The position numbers and the translations under genes are program-made. DNA of 64,000 nt from Candidatus Tepidifontimicrobium thermophilum (GTDB lineage: Bacteria > Sysuimicrobiota > Sysuimicrobiia > Sysuimicrobiales > Sysuimicrobiaceae). The notes beneath the pieces are model-generated. The model made no database searches. It saw only the letters and a list, made by a program, of their open reading frames with translations, and was not told where the DNA came from. Location of the stretch: NCBI GenBank assembly GCA_031459915.1, contig JAVKHO010000002.1, positions 23,952-87,951 of the forward strand, written 5' to 3'. This document shows positions 1-10,471 of this stretch, piece after piece; position 1 is the first letter of the stretch; every line of letters begins with the position of its first letter.

Positions 1-28
1 CAGACCCCCACCAGCTCCACGCTCACGC

Positions 29-1234
29 TCAGCGTCCCACCAGCTCGCCCAGCAGCCGGAGCACCAGCAGGAAGTTGGTCCACGGTAGCGACGCCAAGAA
101 AACCGCCAGCAGCCCCACCCCGGCCCACCGGCGGGACGGGGACGGGGGGGTGAGGTCGTCCATGGGCCCGGGGTGGCCCCGCGACAGCAGGAACAGCAGC
201 AAAATCGCCATCAGCCACAGGCCCATGAGGAACAGCAGCCCCACCGCCAGGTACGATCCCCACCGGTGCCACCGCTCGCCCAGCAGCGCCCGGGTAACGT
301 GGCCGCCGTCGAGGGAGCTGGCGGGCAGCAGGTTCACCGCGGTCACGAACACCCCGATGACCGCGGCGTCCAGCAGAGGATCCAGGTAAGCCACCACCTC
401 CGGCGAGGCCCCGAACCGCCAGCGCACCACGTGGTCCACCACCCACGGCAGCCCGAAGGGGAAGCGCGGGAGCGCCAGCAGGGGGCCGCAGTTCTCCGGC
501 CGGAGCCCGGGGCACAGGGCGGCCAGGTCCAGCAGGACGGTACGGTCCAACCCCACCCACAGCACCAAGGCGGCCACCACCAGGCCCGCCACGGGTCCGG
601 AGGCACCGAGGTCGAACAGTCCGTCTCGGTCCGGCGCGGGCTCCTTGGAGAAGATCACCGCGCCCATGGTCCCCAGGGACATCTCGCCTCCCACCAGCAG
701 GGGCGGGAACGGGATGAAGTAAGGACCGCTGGCCTCGATCCCGTGCGCCCGCGCTGCCAGTTTGTGCCCCAGCTCGTGCACCAGGAGGATGGCCATGAGG
801 GCGGCGCTGAAGGTGAGTCCGTCCACCCACGGGTTCGGCCAGTATCCGGCCCGCAGCACCGCGTGGGGCACCTCCCGCAGCACTTGCGAGAAGCGCTGGG
901 AGGCCAGAAACCCCGTGGCGAAGGTGGTGCCCACGGTGGCCAGGAACAGGGCCACCACCAGCCACCGGTTGCTGGCCCCCCTCGGCGGCCGGGGCACCAG
1001 GTACAGCCACACGCGCCCCCGGTGCCTGCGCAGCAGCGGCGAGTAGCCCAGGGCCAGGAGCTCGCGCCGGAGGCTGCGGAAAGCCCCCGCGGGGTGGGGG
1101 CCGTCGGGGATCACAAACCGCACCGTCCCGTCCGTCCGGTGCACCTCCAGCACGGCGAAGTGACGCCGGACTGCACGCTCCAGGGGGTCACCGAGCTCGG
1201 TCATAGGCCTCCTCCGGCACGGCAGCCCCGCCAC
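29..1234 (-). CDS. M50-family (site-2 protease-like) membrane zinc metalloprotease
   Basis: HELGH zinc motif plus distal NLLPASSLDGG motif and several hydrophobic segments. It lies immediately downstream of ftsZ on the same strand. Confidence 0.8.
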   Translation of the reverse strand: MAGLPCRRRPMTELGDPLERAVRRHFAVLEVHRTDGTVRFVIPDGPHPAGAFRSLRRELLALGYSPLLRRHRGRVWLYLVPRPPRGASNRWLVVALFLATVGTTFATGFLASQRFSQVLREVPHAVLRAGYWPNPWVDGLTFSAALMAILLVHELGHKLAARAHGIEASGPYFIPFPPLLVGGEMSLGTMGAVIFSKEPAPDRDGLFDLGASGPVAGLVVAALVLWVGLDRTVLLDLAALCPGLRPENCGPLLALPRFPFGLPWVVDHVVRWRFGASPEVVAYLDPLLDAAVIGVFVTAVNLLPASSLDGGHVTRALLGERWHRWGSYLAVGLLFLMGLWLMAILLLFLLSRGHPGPMDDLTPPSPSRRWAGVGLLAVFLASLPWTNFLLVLRLLGELVGR

Positions 1235-1260
1235 GCCGGCACGGTCTTGCGCACGTCCGG

Positions 1261-2373
1261 TCAGCGCTTGCGCAGGAACGCCGGTACGTCCAGGTCGTCG
1301 ATGAACATCTTCACGGGCACTTCGCGGTCCTGCGGCGGGGCAGCCGCCGGTCCTGCCGCTTCCTCGGCCCGCTTGGGCCGGGCCGCGTCGAAGCCGGTGG
1401 CGATCACCGTGATCCGCACCTCGTCCCGCAGGCCCTCATCGATGACCGCGCCGAAGATGATGTTGGCGTCGGGGTCTGCGGCCTCCGCGATGATCTGCGC
1501 CGCCTCGTTCACCTCCACCAGGCCCAGGTCGAGGCCGCCCGTGACGTTCAACAGCACCCCACGGGCGCCGTCCATGGAGGTCTCCAGCAGGGGGCTGCTG
1601 ATGGCGGTACGGGCCGCCCGCACAGCCCGGTCCTCCCCCGAGGCCACGCCGATCCCGATGAGGGCACTTCCGGCCTCCGCCATCACCGTTCGGACGTCCG
1701 CGAAGTCCAGGTTGATCAGCCCGGGCACGGTGATGAGGTCCGCGATCCCCTGCACGCCCTGGCGGAGGACGTCGTCCGCGACCCGGAAAGCCTCGATCAT
1801 GCTCACGCTGCGGTCCACCAACTGCAGCAGCCGGTCGTTGGGGATGGTGATCAGGGTGTTCACCTGCTCCTTGAGGTTCCGGATGCCCTCCTCCGCAGCC
1901 GCGGCCCGGCGACGCCCCTCGAAGGAGAACGGCTTGGTCACCACCCCGATGGTCAGGGCGCCCTGCTCCCTCGCGATGCGGGCCACCACGGGCGCCCCAC
2001 CCGTCCCGGTCCCGCCGCCCATGCCCGCGGTGACGAAGACCATGTCCGCGCCCTCCAGGGCGTCGTACAGCTCGTCCTTGGTCTCCTCCGCCGCCTGACG
2101 CCCGACCTCCGGGTTGCCGCCGGCCCCCAGCCCCCGGGTGAGCTTCGCCCCGATGTGGATCTTCCGCTCTGCCTGGGAAAGAGCTAAGGCCTGCACGTCG
2201 GTGTTGATGGCGATGAACTCTACCCCCCGCAGGCCCGCCGCGATCATGCGGTTCACCGCGTTGCTGCCTGCCCCACCCACCCCCACCACCTTGATGGAGG
2301 CGAACCGCCGCAGGTCCCGGTCTAGATGCGCCATGGTCCCCTCCTTGACTGTTTCCCTCCGCGTCTTCCCCAC
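1261..2373 (-). CDS. ftsZ: cell division GTPase FtsZ
   Basis: [13 protein letters not shown]-terminus and the GGGTGTG tubulin signature. It is the last gene of the dcw cluster. Confidence 0.95.
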   Translation of the reverse strand: MGKTRRETVKEGTMAHLDRDLRRFASIKVVGVGGAGSNAVNRMIAAGLRGVEFIAINTDVQALALSQAERKIHIGAKLTRGLGAGGNPEVGRQAAEETKDELYDALEGADMVFVTAGMGGGTGTGGAPVVARIAREQGALTIGVVTKPFSFEGRRRAAAAEEGIRNLKEQVNTLITIPNDRLLQLVDRSVSMIEAFRVADDVLRQGVQGIADLITVPGLINLDFADVRTVMAEAGSALIGIGVASGEDRAVRAARTAISSPLLETSMDGARGVLLNVTGGLDLGLVEVNEAAQIIAEAADPDANIIFGAVIDEGLRDEVRITVIATGFDAARPKRAEEAAGPAAAPPQDREVPVKMFIDDLDVPAFLRKR

Positions 2374-3609
2374 CTACTCTCCGTGCAGCACCCCGCGCAC
2401 CCACGCCCGAAACCGCCCCCACAGCGCGCCGTTGCGCTCCGCACGGCCCCGCTGACGCCGGTCACCCCGAGCTCCGTACAGGACGAGGCCCACTGCGGTG
2501 GCGAACGCGGGGCTATAGACCGCGTCCACCAACCCCACCACGCCGGCGGGGTAGCCGACCCTGGCAGGGAGTCCCAGCCGCTCGGTGGCCAGCTCCGCGA
2601 ACCCCCGCAGCAGCGCCGTCCCGCCCGTGAGTACGAGCCCTGCGGGCACCCGCCGCGCCACCTCCGGGCGGTGCAGGTGTGACGCCACCAGACTCAGGAT
2701 CTCCTCCACCCGGGGCTGGATGATCTCGCACAGGTGACGCCGCGGCAGCACCCGGGGCTCCCGCTCGCCCACGCCCACCACCTCCACCAGCTCCCCCTCC
2801 TGGACCGCGTGCACGGACGCGGCCCCGTGGCGGACCTTCAGTTTTTCTGCCTCCGGCAGGGGGGTCCGCAGCCCGAAGGCGATGTCGTGGGTGATGTGGT
2901 TGCCGCCCACCGGCAGTACCACCGTGTGCACTAGGCCTCCCGCGTGGAACACGCCCAAGCTGGTGGTGCCGCCTCCCACGTCGCACACCACCACGCCCAG
3001 CTCCCGCTCCGCGGGGGACAGCACGGCCTCCGCGGAGGCCAGAGGTTCCAGCACCAGCTCCTCCACCTCGAGCCCGGCCCGGTGCACGCACTTCACGAGG
3101 TTCGCCAGGAAGGTGCTGGTCCCGGTGACGATGTGCGCCTCCACCTCCAACCGTGTCCCGTACATGCCAACGGGATCCCGCACCCCGTCCTGCCCGTCCA
3201 CCACGAAGCCCCGGGGGAGGAGGTGGATGATCTCCCGGTCGGGAGCCGGGATGGCGGCCATGCGCGCGGCTTCCACCACCCGCTCCACATCCTGTGGGCT
3301 GATCTCCCGGTCGCTGCGGGAGACCGCCACGACCCCGCGGCTGTTCTGGGAGGCGATGTGCTCCCCGGACACGGACAGGTACGCGGACCGGATGGGCTGT
3401 CCCGACATGCGCTCCGCCCGTTCCACGGCCTCCGTCACGGCCCGCGTGGTAGCCTCCAGGTCCGTCACCACTCCCCGGCGCAGTCCGCTGCACGGCACCG
3501 TCCCCACCCCGGCCACGTGGACCTCGCCGTCCTCGTCCACCTCACCCACCAGGGCGCACACCTTCGTGGTGCCGATGTCCAGCCCCACTAGGGAACCCTT
3601 CTTCGGCAC
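2374..3609 (-). CDS. ftsA: cell division protein FtsA (actin-like ATPase)
   Basis: VGLDIGTTKV actin-fold N-terminus. GTG at 3609 is preceded by GGAGGAGG 7 nt upstream; the track ORF start at 3924 is a spurious upstream extension. Confidence 0.9.
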   Translation of the reverse strand: MPKKGSLVGLDIGTTKVCALVGEVDEDGEVHVAGVGTVPCSGLRRGVVTDLEATTRAVTEAVERAERMSGQPIRSAYLSVSGEHIASQNSRGVVAVSRSDREISPQDVERVVEAARMAAIPAPDREIIHLLPRGFVVDGQDGVRDPVGMYGTRLEVEAHIVTGTSTFLANLVKCVHRAGLEVEELVLEPLASAEAVLSPAERELGVVVCDVGGGTTSLGVFHAGGLVHTVVLPVGGNHITHDIAFGLRTPLPEAEKLKVRHGAASVHAVQEGELVEVVGVGEREPRVLPRRHLCEIIQPRVEEILSLVASHLHRPEVARRVPAGLVLTGGTALLRGFAELATERLGLPARVGYPAGVVGLVDAVYSPAFATAVGLVLYGARGDRRQRGRAERNGALWGRFRAWVRGVLHGE

Positions 3610-3739
3610 CGCCGACCTCCTCCGTGCAACTTCGCGCAAGGAAATGGCCTTTGCTTTTCCGAAGTCTTCTGCGATCGAGCCCCGACTCCTGCCGGGACGT
3701 ACCGGAGGCCCGGACGTTTCCGTCACCGTTCGGCCAGCC

Positions 3740-4477
3740 TCAGGGGGCGGGCTCCACGACGGCGCGCTCGCGGAACCGCACGTCCACCACCGCAGGCCGC
3801 ACCCCGCGCGCCCGCAGGGCTTCGGCAACCCTCCGCGCCCTCCGCAGGCCCTGCTGCAGCTGTCGCGCGGCGACCCTTGCCACCACCCCGTCCCACCCTC
3901 CCACCACGTAGTCCCCGGTGCCAAGCCAGCGCACCCACCTCACCTGTCTGCGGTCCTCTTCCGGCAACGCCGCCAGCTCCACTACCAGCCCGACTACCGG
4001 TGCTGCGGGGACCACTTCTCCGGGCCGCAGCCAGGGCACCGCGGGGACGAGGACCACGGGCAGCCCTTCCGCCTGCTCGCCGCGGTCCAGGACGACGCCC
4101 TCTGCGTCCACCACGGCCTGGGTCCCGTCCGGAAGCCGGAGGGCCGCCACGGGCTGGCGCTCCTGCACCCACACCACTACCCGCGACGGCCACTGGACCT
4201 CCACACGCGCTTGTCTGACCCGCGGCAGCCGCAAAAGCCCGCGGCGGGCGCGCTCGGCATCCACGGACGCCAAGGGCGAACCCGGATCTAGCCCCGCCGC
4301 CCGGACTAGGGCCTGAGGGTCCAGGGTGACGGCACCGTGGACTTCCACGTATCGCAGGGAGAACACCGACGACGTCGGGAAGCTCACCACGGCGCAGGCG
4401 GCCGCGGTGGCCGCCCACAGCCGCAGCAGCCGCATCCACAACTCCGCGGGAGCCTGCGGCCGCTCCGGAGCGTGCAC
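3740..4477 (-). CDS. ftsQ: FtsQ/DivIB-like cell division protein (N-terminal TM, POTRA-like region)
   Basis: Bitopic protein in the canonical slot between murB and ftsA, with a hydrophobic N-terminal segment. Confidence 0.65.
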   Translation of the reverse strand: MHAPERPQAPAELWMRLLRLWAATAAACAVVSFPTSSVFSLRYVEVHGAVTLDPQALVRAAGLDPGSPLASVDAERARRGLLRLPRVRQARVEVQWPSRVVVWVQERQPVAALRLPDGTQAVVDAEGVVLDRGEQAEGLPVVLVPAVPWLRPGEVVPAAPVVGLVVELAALPEEDRRQVRWVRWLGTGDYVVGGWDGVVARVAARQLQQGLRRARRVAEALRARGVRPAVVDVRFRERAVVEPAP

Positions 4478-5401
4478 CTAGAACTCCCCCACCAGCTGCA
4501 CTTCCAGCTCCAGCTCCACCCCGAAGGTCCGGCGGACCCGCTCCCGCACCCGCTCCACCAGCCGCAGCACGTCCTCCGCGCGGCCGCCGCCGGTGTTCAC
4601 CACGTAGTTGGCGTGCAGGGTGGACACCTCCACCCCGCCCTCCCGCATCCCCTTGGCGCCACAGAGCTCCACCAGCCGCCCTGCGGCGTCGCCCGGCGGG
4701 TTGCGGAAGATGCACCCGGAGGAGGGCAACCGGACGGGCTGGGTCGCGCCCCGCTGCTGCAACCAGCGCTGGGTGCGCTCCAGTACCTCCTCCACAGGGG
4801 CGGGGGTGAGCTCCAGCTCCACCTCCACCACCACCGCGGACGTGTCCTGCAGCCGGCTCGTGCGGTAGCCGAACTCCAGCGCCTGCGCGGGCCACGTGGC
4901 CTCGCCCCACGGCCCCACCACGCGCACTGTCCGCACCACCTCCTGCAGGCTGTGGCCGTGGGCGCCCGCGTTCATCACCACGCCCCCGCCCACCGACCCC
5001 GGGATCCCCGCGGCGAACTCCAGGCCCGACAGTCCCCGGCGGGCCGCCCGAAAGCTCAGCCGGGGAAGGCCCGAGCCGGCCTCCGCCACCACGCGCGAGC
5101 CGTCCCAGCGAACCCGGTCCAGTCCTCCGCCCACCTTCACCACCACGCCCCTCACGCCCCGGTCGGAGACCAGCACGTTCGACCCGCGTCCCAACACCAC
5201 GAACGGCTCCGCGGAGGCGTACAGCCACGTCACCACCGCCCGGAGCTCGTCCCCGGTCCGGGGCACCACGAGCACGTCCGCGGGCCCGCCGATGCGGAAC
5301 GTGGTGTGCCGGCGCAGGGGTTCGGCGCACCGCACGTCGCGGCACAGCCCGCGCAGGACCCGGGCCAGGCGGTCGGTACGGGCCGGATCCACGGCCCTCA
5401 C
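4478..5401 (-). CDS. murB: UDP-N-acetylenolpyruvoylglucosamine reductase MurB
   Basis: EPLRRHTTFRIGGPADVLV FAD-binding N-terminus and MurB C-domain. GTG at 5401 overlaps the murC TGA (GTGA); an ATG at 5440 is an alternative start. Confidence 0.85.
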   Translation of the reverse strand: MRAVDPARTDRLARVLRGLCRDVRCAEPLRRHTTFRIGGPADVLVVPRTGDELRAVVTWLYASAEPFVVLGRGSNVLVSDRGVRGVVVKVGGGLDRVRWDGSRVVAEAGSGLPRLSFRAARRGLSGLEFAAGIPGSVGGGVVMNAGAHGHSLQEVVRTVRVVGPWGEATWPAQALEFGYRTSRLQDTSAVVVEVELELTPAPVEEVLERTQRWLQQRGATQPVRLPSSGCIFRNPPGDAAGRLVELCGAKGMREGGVEVSTLHANYVVNTGGGRAEDVLRLVERVRERVRRTFGVELELEVQLVGEF

Positions 5402-6744
5402 CGCCCTGCCTCCCGGGCCACCGTCTGCGCCACCCGCCATACGTCTCCGGCTCCCAGGGTGACCACCACGTCCTCCGGTCCCACGGTCCTCCGCAGCAGG
5501 GGCACCACGTCCTCCAGCTCCGGGATCCATCGGACGCACGGGTGGCGCAGGTGGTCCGCGATCAGCTTGCCGCTCACACCGGGCTCGGGCGGCTCGTCCG
5601 CCGGGTACAGCTCCGTGACCACCACCTCGTCTGCGTCCGCAAACGCGTCCGCGTACTGGGCGTAGGTGGTGCGGGTCCGGGAGTAGCGGTGGGGCTGGAA
5701 CACCGCCACCACCCTGCGGCCGGGCCACGCCTCGCGCACCGCCTGCAACAACGACCGCACCTTGACGGGGTTGTGGGCGTAGTCGTCCACCACCAGGGGG
5801 GACTCGCAGTACACCTCGAACCGCCGGCGGACTCCCTGGAAACCCGCCAGGGCCTCCCGCAGAACGTCAAACGACGCGCCCCGCTCCAGCCCCACCGCCA
5901 GCGCCGCGGTGGCGTTGGCCACGTTGTGGCGGCCGGGCAGGCCGAGGCGCACCTCGCCCACCTCCCGGCCCTCCCGCAGCAGCACGAAGTGCGACCACCG
6001 CCCCTGAACCCGGAGGATCCGGCCGCGGTAGGTCCCCGCTTCCACGCCGTAGGTCACCACGCGGCCCGGGGCGTGGGCCGCAAGGCGGCGCGCGTTGGGG
6101 CAGTCCGCGCACAGCGCCACCATCCCCTCAGGATCCGTCGAGGCCACGAAACGTGCGAAGGTGCGTAGCAGAGAGTCCAGGTCCCGGTAGTGGTCCGCGT
6201 GGTCCGTGAGATCCAGGCTCGTGACCACAGCGCCCCGGACCCGGACCCACACCAGAGATCCGTCGCTCTCGTCCACCTCCGCCACCGCCACCCCGCTCCC
6301 CACCCGGGCCCCGCCTCCGAACTGACGCACCTCGCCGCCCACGAGGGCCGTGGGGTCCAGTCCCGCGGCTTCCAGGGCCACGCTCAACAGGGCCGTGGTG
6401 GTGGTCTTTCCGTGAGTCCCCACCACGCCTACGGAGTCGGCCTCCCGGGCCAGCAGCTGGCCCAGCAGTTGAGCTCGGTGCAGCACCGGAAGCCCCCGCG
6501 CCCGGGCCGCGGCCACCTCCGGCTCGGTAGGTGGGACCGCCCGCGACACCACCACGCGCTCCGCGGTCTGTAGGTGGTCCGGGCCGTGCCCCAGCCGGAC
6601 GTCCACCCCCAGGGTCCGGAGCCGGCGGACCGCGGCGCTGTCCCGGAGGTCGCATCCGGAGACCTGCACCCCGCGCCGCGCGCACACCTCCGCCAGCGGG
6701 CTCATGCCGGCCCCGCCCGCGCCCACGAAGTGCAGGTCACCCAC
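5398..6744 (-). CDS. murC: UDP-N-acetylmuramate--L-alanine ligase MurC
   Basis: HFVGAGGAGMS nucleotide-binding N-terminus and GTHGKTTTTAL Mur-ligase P-loop. Start taken at the GTG near 6744; the track ORF extends to 7122. Confidence 0.9.
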   Translation of the reverse strand: MGDLHFVGAGGAGMSPLAEVCARRGVQVSGCDLRDSAAVRRLRTLGVDVRLGHGPDHLQTAERVVVSRAVPPTEPEVAAARARGLPVLHRAQLLGQLLAREADSVGVVGTHGKTTTTALLSVALEAAGLDPTALVGGEVRQFGGGARVGSGVAVAEVDESDGSLVWVRVRGAVVTSLDLTDHADHYRDLDSLLRTFARFVASTDPEGMVALCADCPNARRLAAHAPGRVVTYGVEAGTYRGRILRVQGRWSHFVLLREGREVGEVRLGLPGRHNVANATAALAVGLERGASFDVLREALAGFQGVRRRFEVYCESPLVVDDYAHNPVKVRSLLQAVREAWPGRRVVAVFQPHRYSRTRTTYAQYADAFADADEVVVTELYPADEPPEPGVSGKLIADHLRHPCVRWIPELEDVVPLLRRTVGPEDVVVTLGAGDVWRVAQTVAREAGR

Positions 6745-7825
6745 GGCGCACCTCCCGTGCCGCGAGAACGACCTGCTCCCACACCGCCCTCGCCGCATCC
6801 GGCCGGCCCAGGGCTCGCGCGGCCCGGGCCATACGCTCCAGCCGCAGGCGGTCTTCCAGCAGCTCCTCGAGAAGCTCCGCCAGCCGCACAGCGGAAAGCG
6901 CCTCTTCGTGTAGCACCACCGCGGCGCCGGCTTCCTCCAGGGCCCGGGCGTTGTGCAGCTGGTGGCCCGAAGCCAGGCGCAGGGGGACCAGGACCGAGGG
7001 CAGGCCTGCGGCCAGCAGCTCCGCGCACGTGACCGCCCCGGCCCGCGCCACCACCAGGTGGCTGGCGGCGTAGGCGTCCCCGATGGGGTCCAGGTAGTCC
7101 ACGGTGCGGTAGAGAACCCCACCCGGCGGGACCTCCCCTCCGAGCCCGGCCCGGGCGCGGCCCGTGGCGTGCAGGACCTGGAGGTCGGTGCGGTGGCCCA
7201 ACAACGTGACCGCCTCTTGGACGACGCGGTTCAGAACCCGTGAGCCCTGGCTGCCGCCCAGCACCAGCACCGTGGTGCGATCCCGTGCCAGCCCGTAGCA
7301 GACCCGGGCGCGCTCCGCTTCTCCCGGGAGGGCCGCGCGCCGCACGGGCGCTCCGGTCCACACCGCTCGCTCGCCGAAGGCGGTCGCGGTGGCCGCAAAC
7401 GCCACGCACACCCTCCGCGCCCGGGCCGCCAGAAGCCGGCTGGCAGCACCCGGAACCCTGTTGGGTTCCACCAGGACCAGGGGCACCCCCAGGTCCGCGG
7501 CGGCCCGGGCGGTGGGATACCCCGCGTAGCCTGCGGTGGAGACCACCGCGTGCGGCCGCAGCGCCCGCAGCAGCCGGCGCGCCCGCAGCACGCCGCGGGC
7601 GATGCGGGCCAGGTTACGCGCGGCCACCAGCGGGCCTTTTCCCACCACGCCGCCGCAGGGCACTCGGTGAAAGGGAATTCCGGACTGCGGTACCACCTCC
7701 CTCTCCAGGCCGTCTCCGCCCACAAACTGGAACACTGCTTCACCGGCCGCGGCCTCCGCCACCGCCAGCAGCGGGTAGACGTGACCGCCCGTCCCACCTC
7801 CCGCCAGCACCACGCGCGGGGTCAC
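6737..7825 (-). CDS. murG: MurG undecaprenyl-PP-MurNAc-pentapeptide GlcNAc transferase
   Basis: AGGGTGGHVYP N-terminus and GT28 C-domain. The GTG start near 7825 abuts the ftsW stop. Confidence 0.9.
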   Translation of the reverse strand: MTPRVVLAGGGTGGHVYPLLAVAEAAAGEAVFQFVGGDGLEREVVPQSGIPFHRVPCGGVVGKGPLVAARNLARIARGVLRARRLLRALRPHAVVSTAGYAGYPTARAAADLGVPLVLVEPNRVPGAASRLLAARARRVCVAFAATATAFGERAVWTGAPVRRAALPGEAERARVCYGLARDRTTVLVLGGSQGSRVLNRVVQEAVTLLGHRTDLQVLHATGRARAGLGGEVPPGGVLYRTVDYLDPIGDAYAASHLVVARAGAVTCAELLAAGLPSVLVPLRLASGHQLHNARALEEAGAAVVLHEEALSAVRLAELLEELLEDRLRLERMARAARALGRPDAARAVWEQVVLAAREVRRG

Positions 7826-9003
7826 CCTGCGCCCCCGGGCGCGGGCGAAGCGGGCCAGCCGGCGAACACGTCCGCTTCCCGAGGAGCCCGCGCGTACTGG
7901 GAGAGGTTGAGGCAGACCCCCGAGGCCGCCATCAGGGCCACCAGGGACGAGCCGCCGAAGCTCACGAACGGGAGCGGAACCCCCGTGACCGGCAGCATTC
8001 CGGTCACCACCCCCATGTTCAGCACCGCCTGTGCAGCCACCCACGCGCCGAACCCCGCGGCCAGCAACGCACCGTAGCGGTCCGGGGCCCGCAGGGCCGC
8101 GCGGTAGGTCCGCGCGACGAACACCGCGTACAGACCCACCACCAGCACCACCCCCACGATCCCCAGCTCCTCCGCCAGGATGGCGAAGATGAAGTCCGTG
8201 TGGCGCTCCGGAAGGTAGAAGAACTTCTGGCGGCTCTGGCCCAGGCCCACCCCTGCAAGCCCGCCGGACGCCACCGCCACCAGGGACTGGATGATGTGGA
8301 AGCCGCTACCCAGGGTGTCGCGCCAGGGATCCAGAAACGCCAGGATCCGCTCCCGCCGGTACCCCTCCGCCAGGGCGGCCCACACGACCGCGGGCGTCGC
8401 CACCAGCGCCACAGCCGCCAGGTGGTGCAGCCTGGCACCCCCGCAGAACAGCACCGCACCCGCGATGGCCGCCAGGACCACGGCGCTGCCCATGTCCGGC
8501 TGGCGCAGCACCAGCGCGGCCAGCACGCCTGTGAACGCCAGCGGCGGCAGCAGTCCCCGGACCAGGGAGCGCACCTGGTGCCGCCGGTTGGCGAGGAAGT
8601 GGGCCAGGTACACCGCCAGGCTGAACTTCGCCAGCTCCACGGGCTGGAAGCTCACCGGCCCCACCGCGATCCACCGGCGGGCACCGCCCGCCACCTCGCC
8701 CACCCCGGGAACGAGGACCGCGCCCAGAAGGCCCAGGGAGGCCGCCAGCAGGGGCGCTGCCAGGCCGCGCCACGCCGTGTAGTGCACCCGGGAGGTGAGG
8801 GTCATGCAGGCGCAGCCCAGGACAAACCACACCAGCTGGCGCTTGAGGAAGTAGGCGGCGTCCCCGAACCGCTCGAAAGCCACTACGGAGCTGGAGCTGT
8901 ACACCATCACCAGCCCCACACCGCACAGGCCCAGCACACTGGCCACCAGCCACCCGTCCGGGGGGCCGCGCCGGATCTCCTGCCGCGGGCCTGGATGGGT
9001 CAA
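7822..9003 (-). CDS. ftsW: SEDS-family peptidoglycan polymerase FtsW
   Basis: Polytopic SEDS protein carrying the canonical PERHTDFIFAILAEE motif. Confidence 0.9.
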   Translation of the reverse strand: MTHPGPRQEIRRGPPDGWLVASVLGLCGVGLVMVYSSSSVVAFERFGDAAYFLKRQLVWFVLGCACMTLTSRVHYTAWRGLAAPLLAASLGLLGAVLVPGVGEVAGGARRWIAVGPVSFQPVELAKFSLAVYLAHFLANRRHQVRSLVRGLLPPLAFTGVLAALVLRQPDMGSAVVLAAIAGAVLFCGGARLHHLAAVALVATPAVVWAALAEGYRRERILAFLDPWRDTLGSGFHIIQSLVAVASGGLAGVGLGQSRQKFFYLPERHTDFIFAILAEELGIVGVVLVVGLYAVFVARTYRAALRAPDRYGALLAAGFGAWVAAQAVLNMGVVTGMLPVTGVPLPFVSFGGSSLVALMAASGVCLNLSQYARAPREADVFAGWPASPAPGGAG

Positions 9004-10469
9004 CCCGCCCGTTTCCTCCTCTCCTGCGCCACGAGCGCGGCGAACAGTTCGGCCCGCTCGCGGTAGTCGGCGAACTGGTCGAAGGACTCGCAGCCCGGCG
9101 ACAGCAGCACGGCCTCCCCGGGCCTCGCCAGCTGCACCGCGCGCCGGAAGGCCTGCGGCAGGCTGCGCACCTCCAGCACCTCCGCTGCCAGGCCCCGCAG
9201 GGCCTGTCGCAGGACCGGCGCGCTCTCCCCGATGAGGTACACGGCCCGGACGGGGCTCGTGCGCAGCGCCTGGCGCAGCGGCTCGAACTCGTCCCGCGTG
9301 GCCTGCGGCCGCCGTCCGCCCGCGATGAGGACGAAGGGGCGCTCCATGGCCGCCACCGCGGCGGCCGCGGCCGCGGGGTTGGTAGCCAGGGAGTCCTCGT
9401 AGTACCGCACGCCTGCGATCTCATCCACCAGCCACAGCCGGTGCGGCAACCCCCGGAACTCCCGCAGCACCGCCGCCATGGCCTCCACGGTCCCTCCCGC
9501 CACCGCGGCCGCCGCGCACGCGGCCAGGGCGTTGGAGGCCGCGTGCTGGCCCGGTACCGGCAGGTCCGACCGTGGCAACACCCGGCGGTCCCGCCAGCAG
9601 ATCCAGTCCCCCTCTAGCCACGCTCCCTCCCGGGCGCGCACTCCGAACGGCACCACCCGGGAGGGTGCCTTTTTGGCCAAAGACCACGTCACGGGGTCGT
9701 CCAGGTTCGCCACCAGGACGTCCTGAGGACCCTGGTACTGAAAGATGCGGGCCTTGCAGTCCGCGTACGCCTCGAAGCTCCCGTGGTCGTCCAGGTGGTG
9801 GACGCTCACGTTGGTGATCACCGCCACCGGGGGGCTGCGCCAGATGCCCAGGAGCTGTCGGTTGCTCAGCTCCAGCACCAGGCGATCGTCCGGGCCGAGC
9901 TCGTGCAGGAAGTACACCGCGGGCACGTGGGTGCGGTCGTTGCCGCTGGCGTAGGTCCGCAGTCCGGAGGCGTTCAGGATCCGCTCGATCAGCGTGACCA
10001 CGGTGAACTTCCCGTTGGTGCCCGTGACCCCCACCACCGGACAGGGTGCCAGCTCCAGGACCAGCTGGGTCAGGCTGTGCGCCCGCAGGCCACGGGCCAG
10101 TAGCTCCCTCACGCGCGCGTTCTCGGGCCTGCGGAACCACGCCTGGGGCAGGAACACCACCTCCGCGTCCTCGATGCCCTCCAGGTAGCGGGCGCGCCAG
10201 CGCACCGGCTGCTCGAGCCACCACCGCACGCGGTCCTCCCGCTCGCCCGGTTCCATCCACTGGTGGGTCCGGTGGAAGGCCTCGGGGAAGTCCTCGGGGG
10301 TCTGCAGGTCGTGGCAGACGGGATCGATGCCCTGCGCCAGGAGGAACTCCGCCACCGCGGAGCCTTCGGTGCCGCTGATGCCCAGCACGTGGACCCGCTT
10401 CCCCCGCAGCGCCTCCAACGCCGGATGGTGGACGGGACGCGCTCGCAGTGCCTTTCCCGGCCCCGCCAC
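9000..10469 (-). CDS. murD: UDP-N-acetylmuramoylalanine--D-glutamate ligase MurD
   Basis: VGVTGTNGKFT Mur-ligase P-loop. The track ORF 9000..11414 is an artefactual in-frame extension across mraY; the start was set at the GTG just after the mraY stop. Confidence 0.9.
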   Translation of the reverse strand: MAGPGKALRARPVHHPALEALRGKRVHVLGISGTEGSAVAEFLLAQGIDPVCHDLQTPEDFPEAFHRTHQWMEPGEREDRVRWWLEQPVRWRARYLEGIEDAEVVFLPQAWFRRPENARVRELLARGLRAHSLTQLVLELAPCPVVGVTGTNGKFTVVTLIERILNASGLRTYASGNDRTHVPAVYFLHELGPDDRLVLELSNRQLLGIWRSPPVAVITNVSVHHLDDHGSFEAYADCKARIFQYQGPQDVLVANLDDPVTWSLAKKAPSRVVPFGVRAREGAWLEGDWICWRDRRVLPRSDLPVPGQHAASNALAACAAAAVAGGTVEAMAAVLREFRGLPHRLWLVDEIAGVRYYEDSLATNPAAAAAAVAAMERPFVLIAGGRRPQATRDEFEPLRQALRTSPVRAVYLIGESAPVLRQALRGLAAEVLEVRSLPQAFRRAVQLARPGEAVLLSPGCESFDQFADYRERAELFAALVAQERRKRAG

Positions 10470-10471
10470 GG

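Noticed and set aside
173-2098. 641-aa plus-strand ORF antisense to the M50 protease and ftsZ, plus many similar long antisense or overlapping ORFs (e.g. 2882..4291+, 3723..5345-, 12753..14189+, 28036..30438+, 47290..50427+).
   Set aside because: They have Arg/Pro/Gly/Ala-rich low-complexity translations typical of stop-codon-poor alternative frames in a 70% GC genome. Each lies opposite or out of frame to a gene with clear family motifs.
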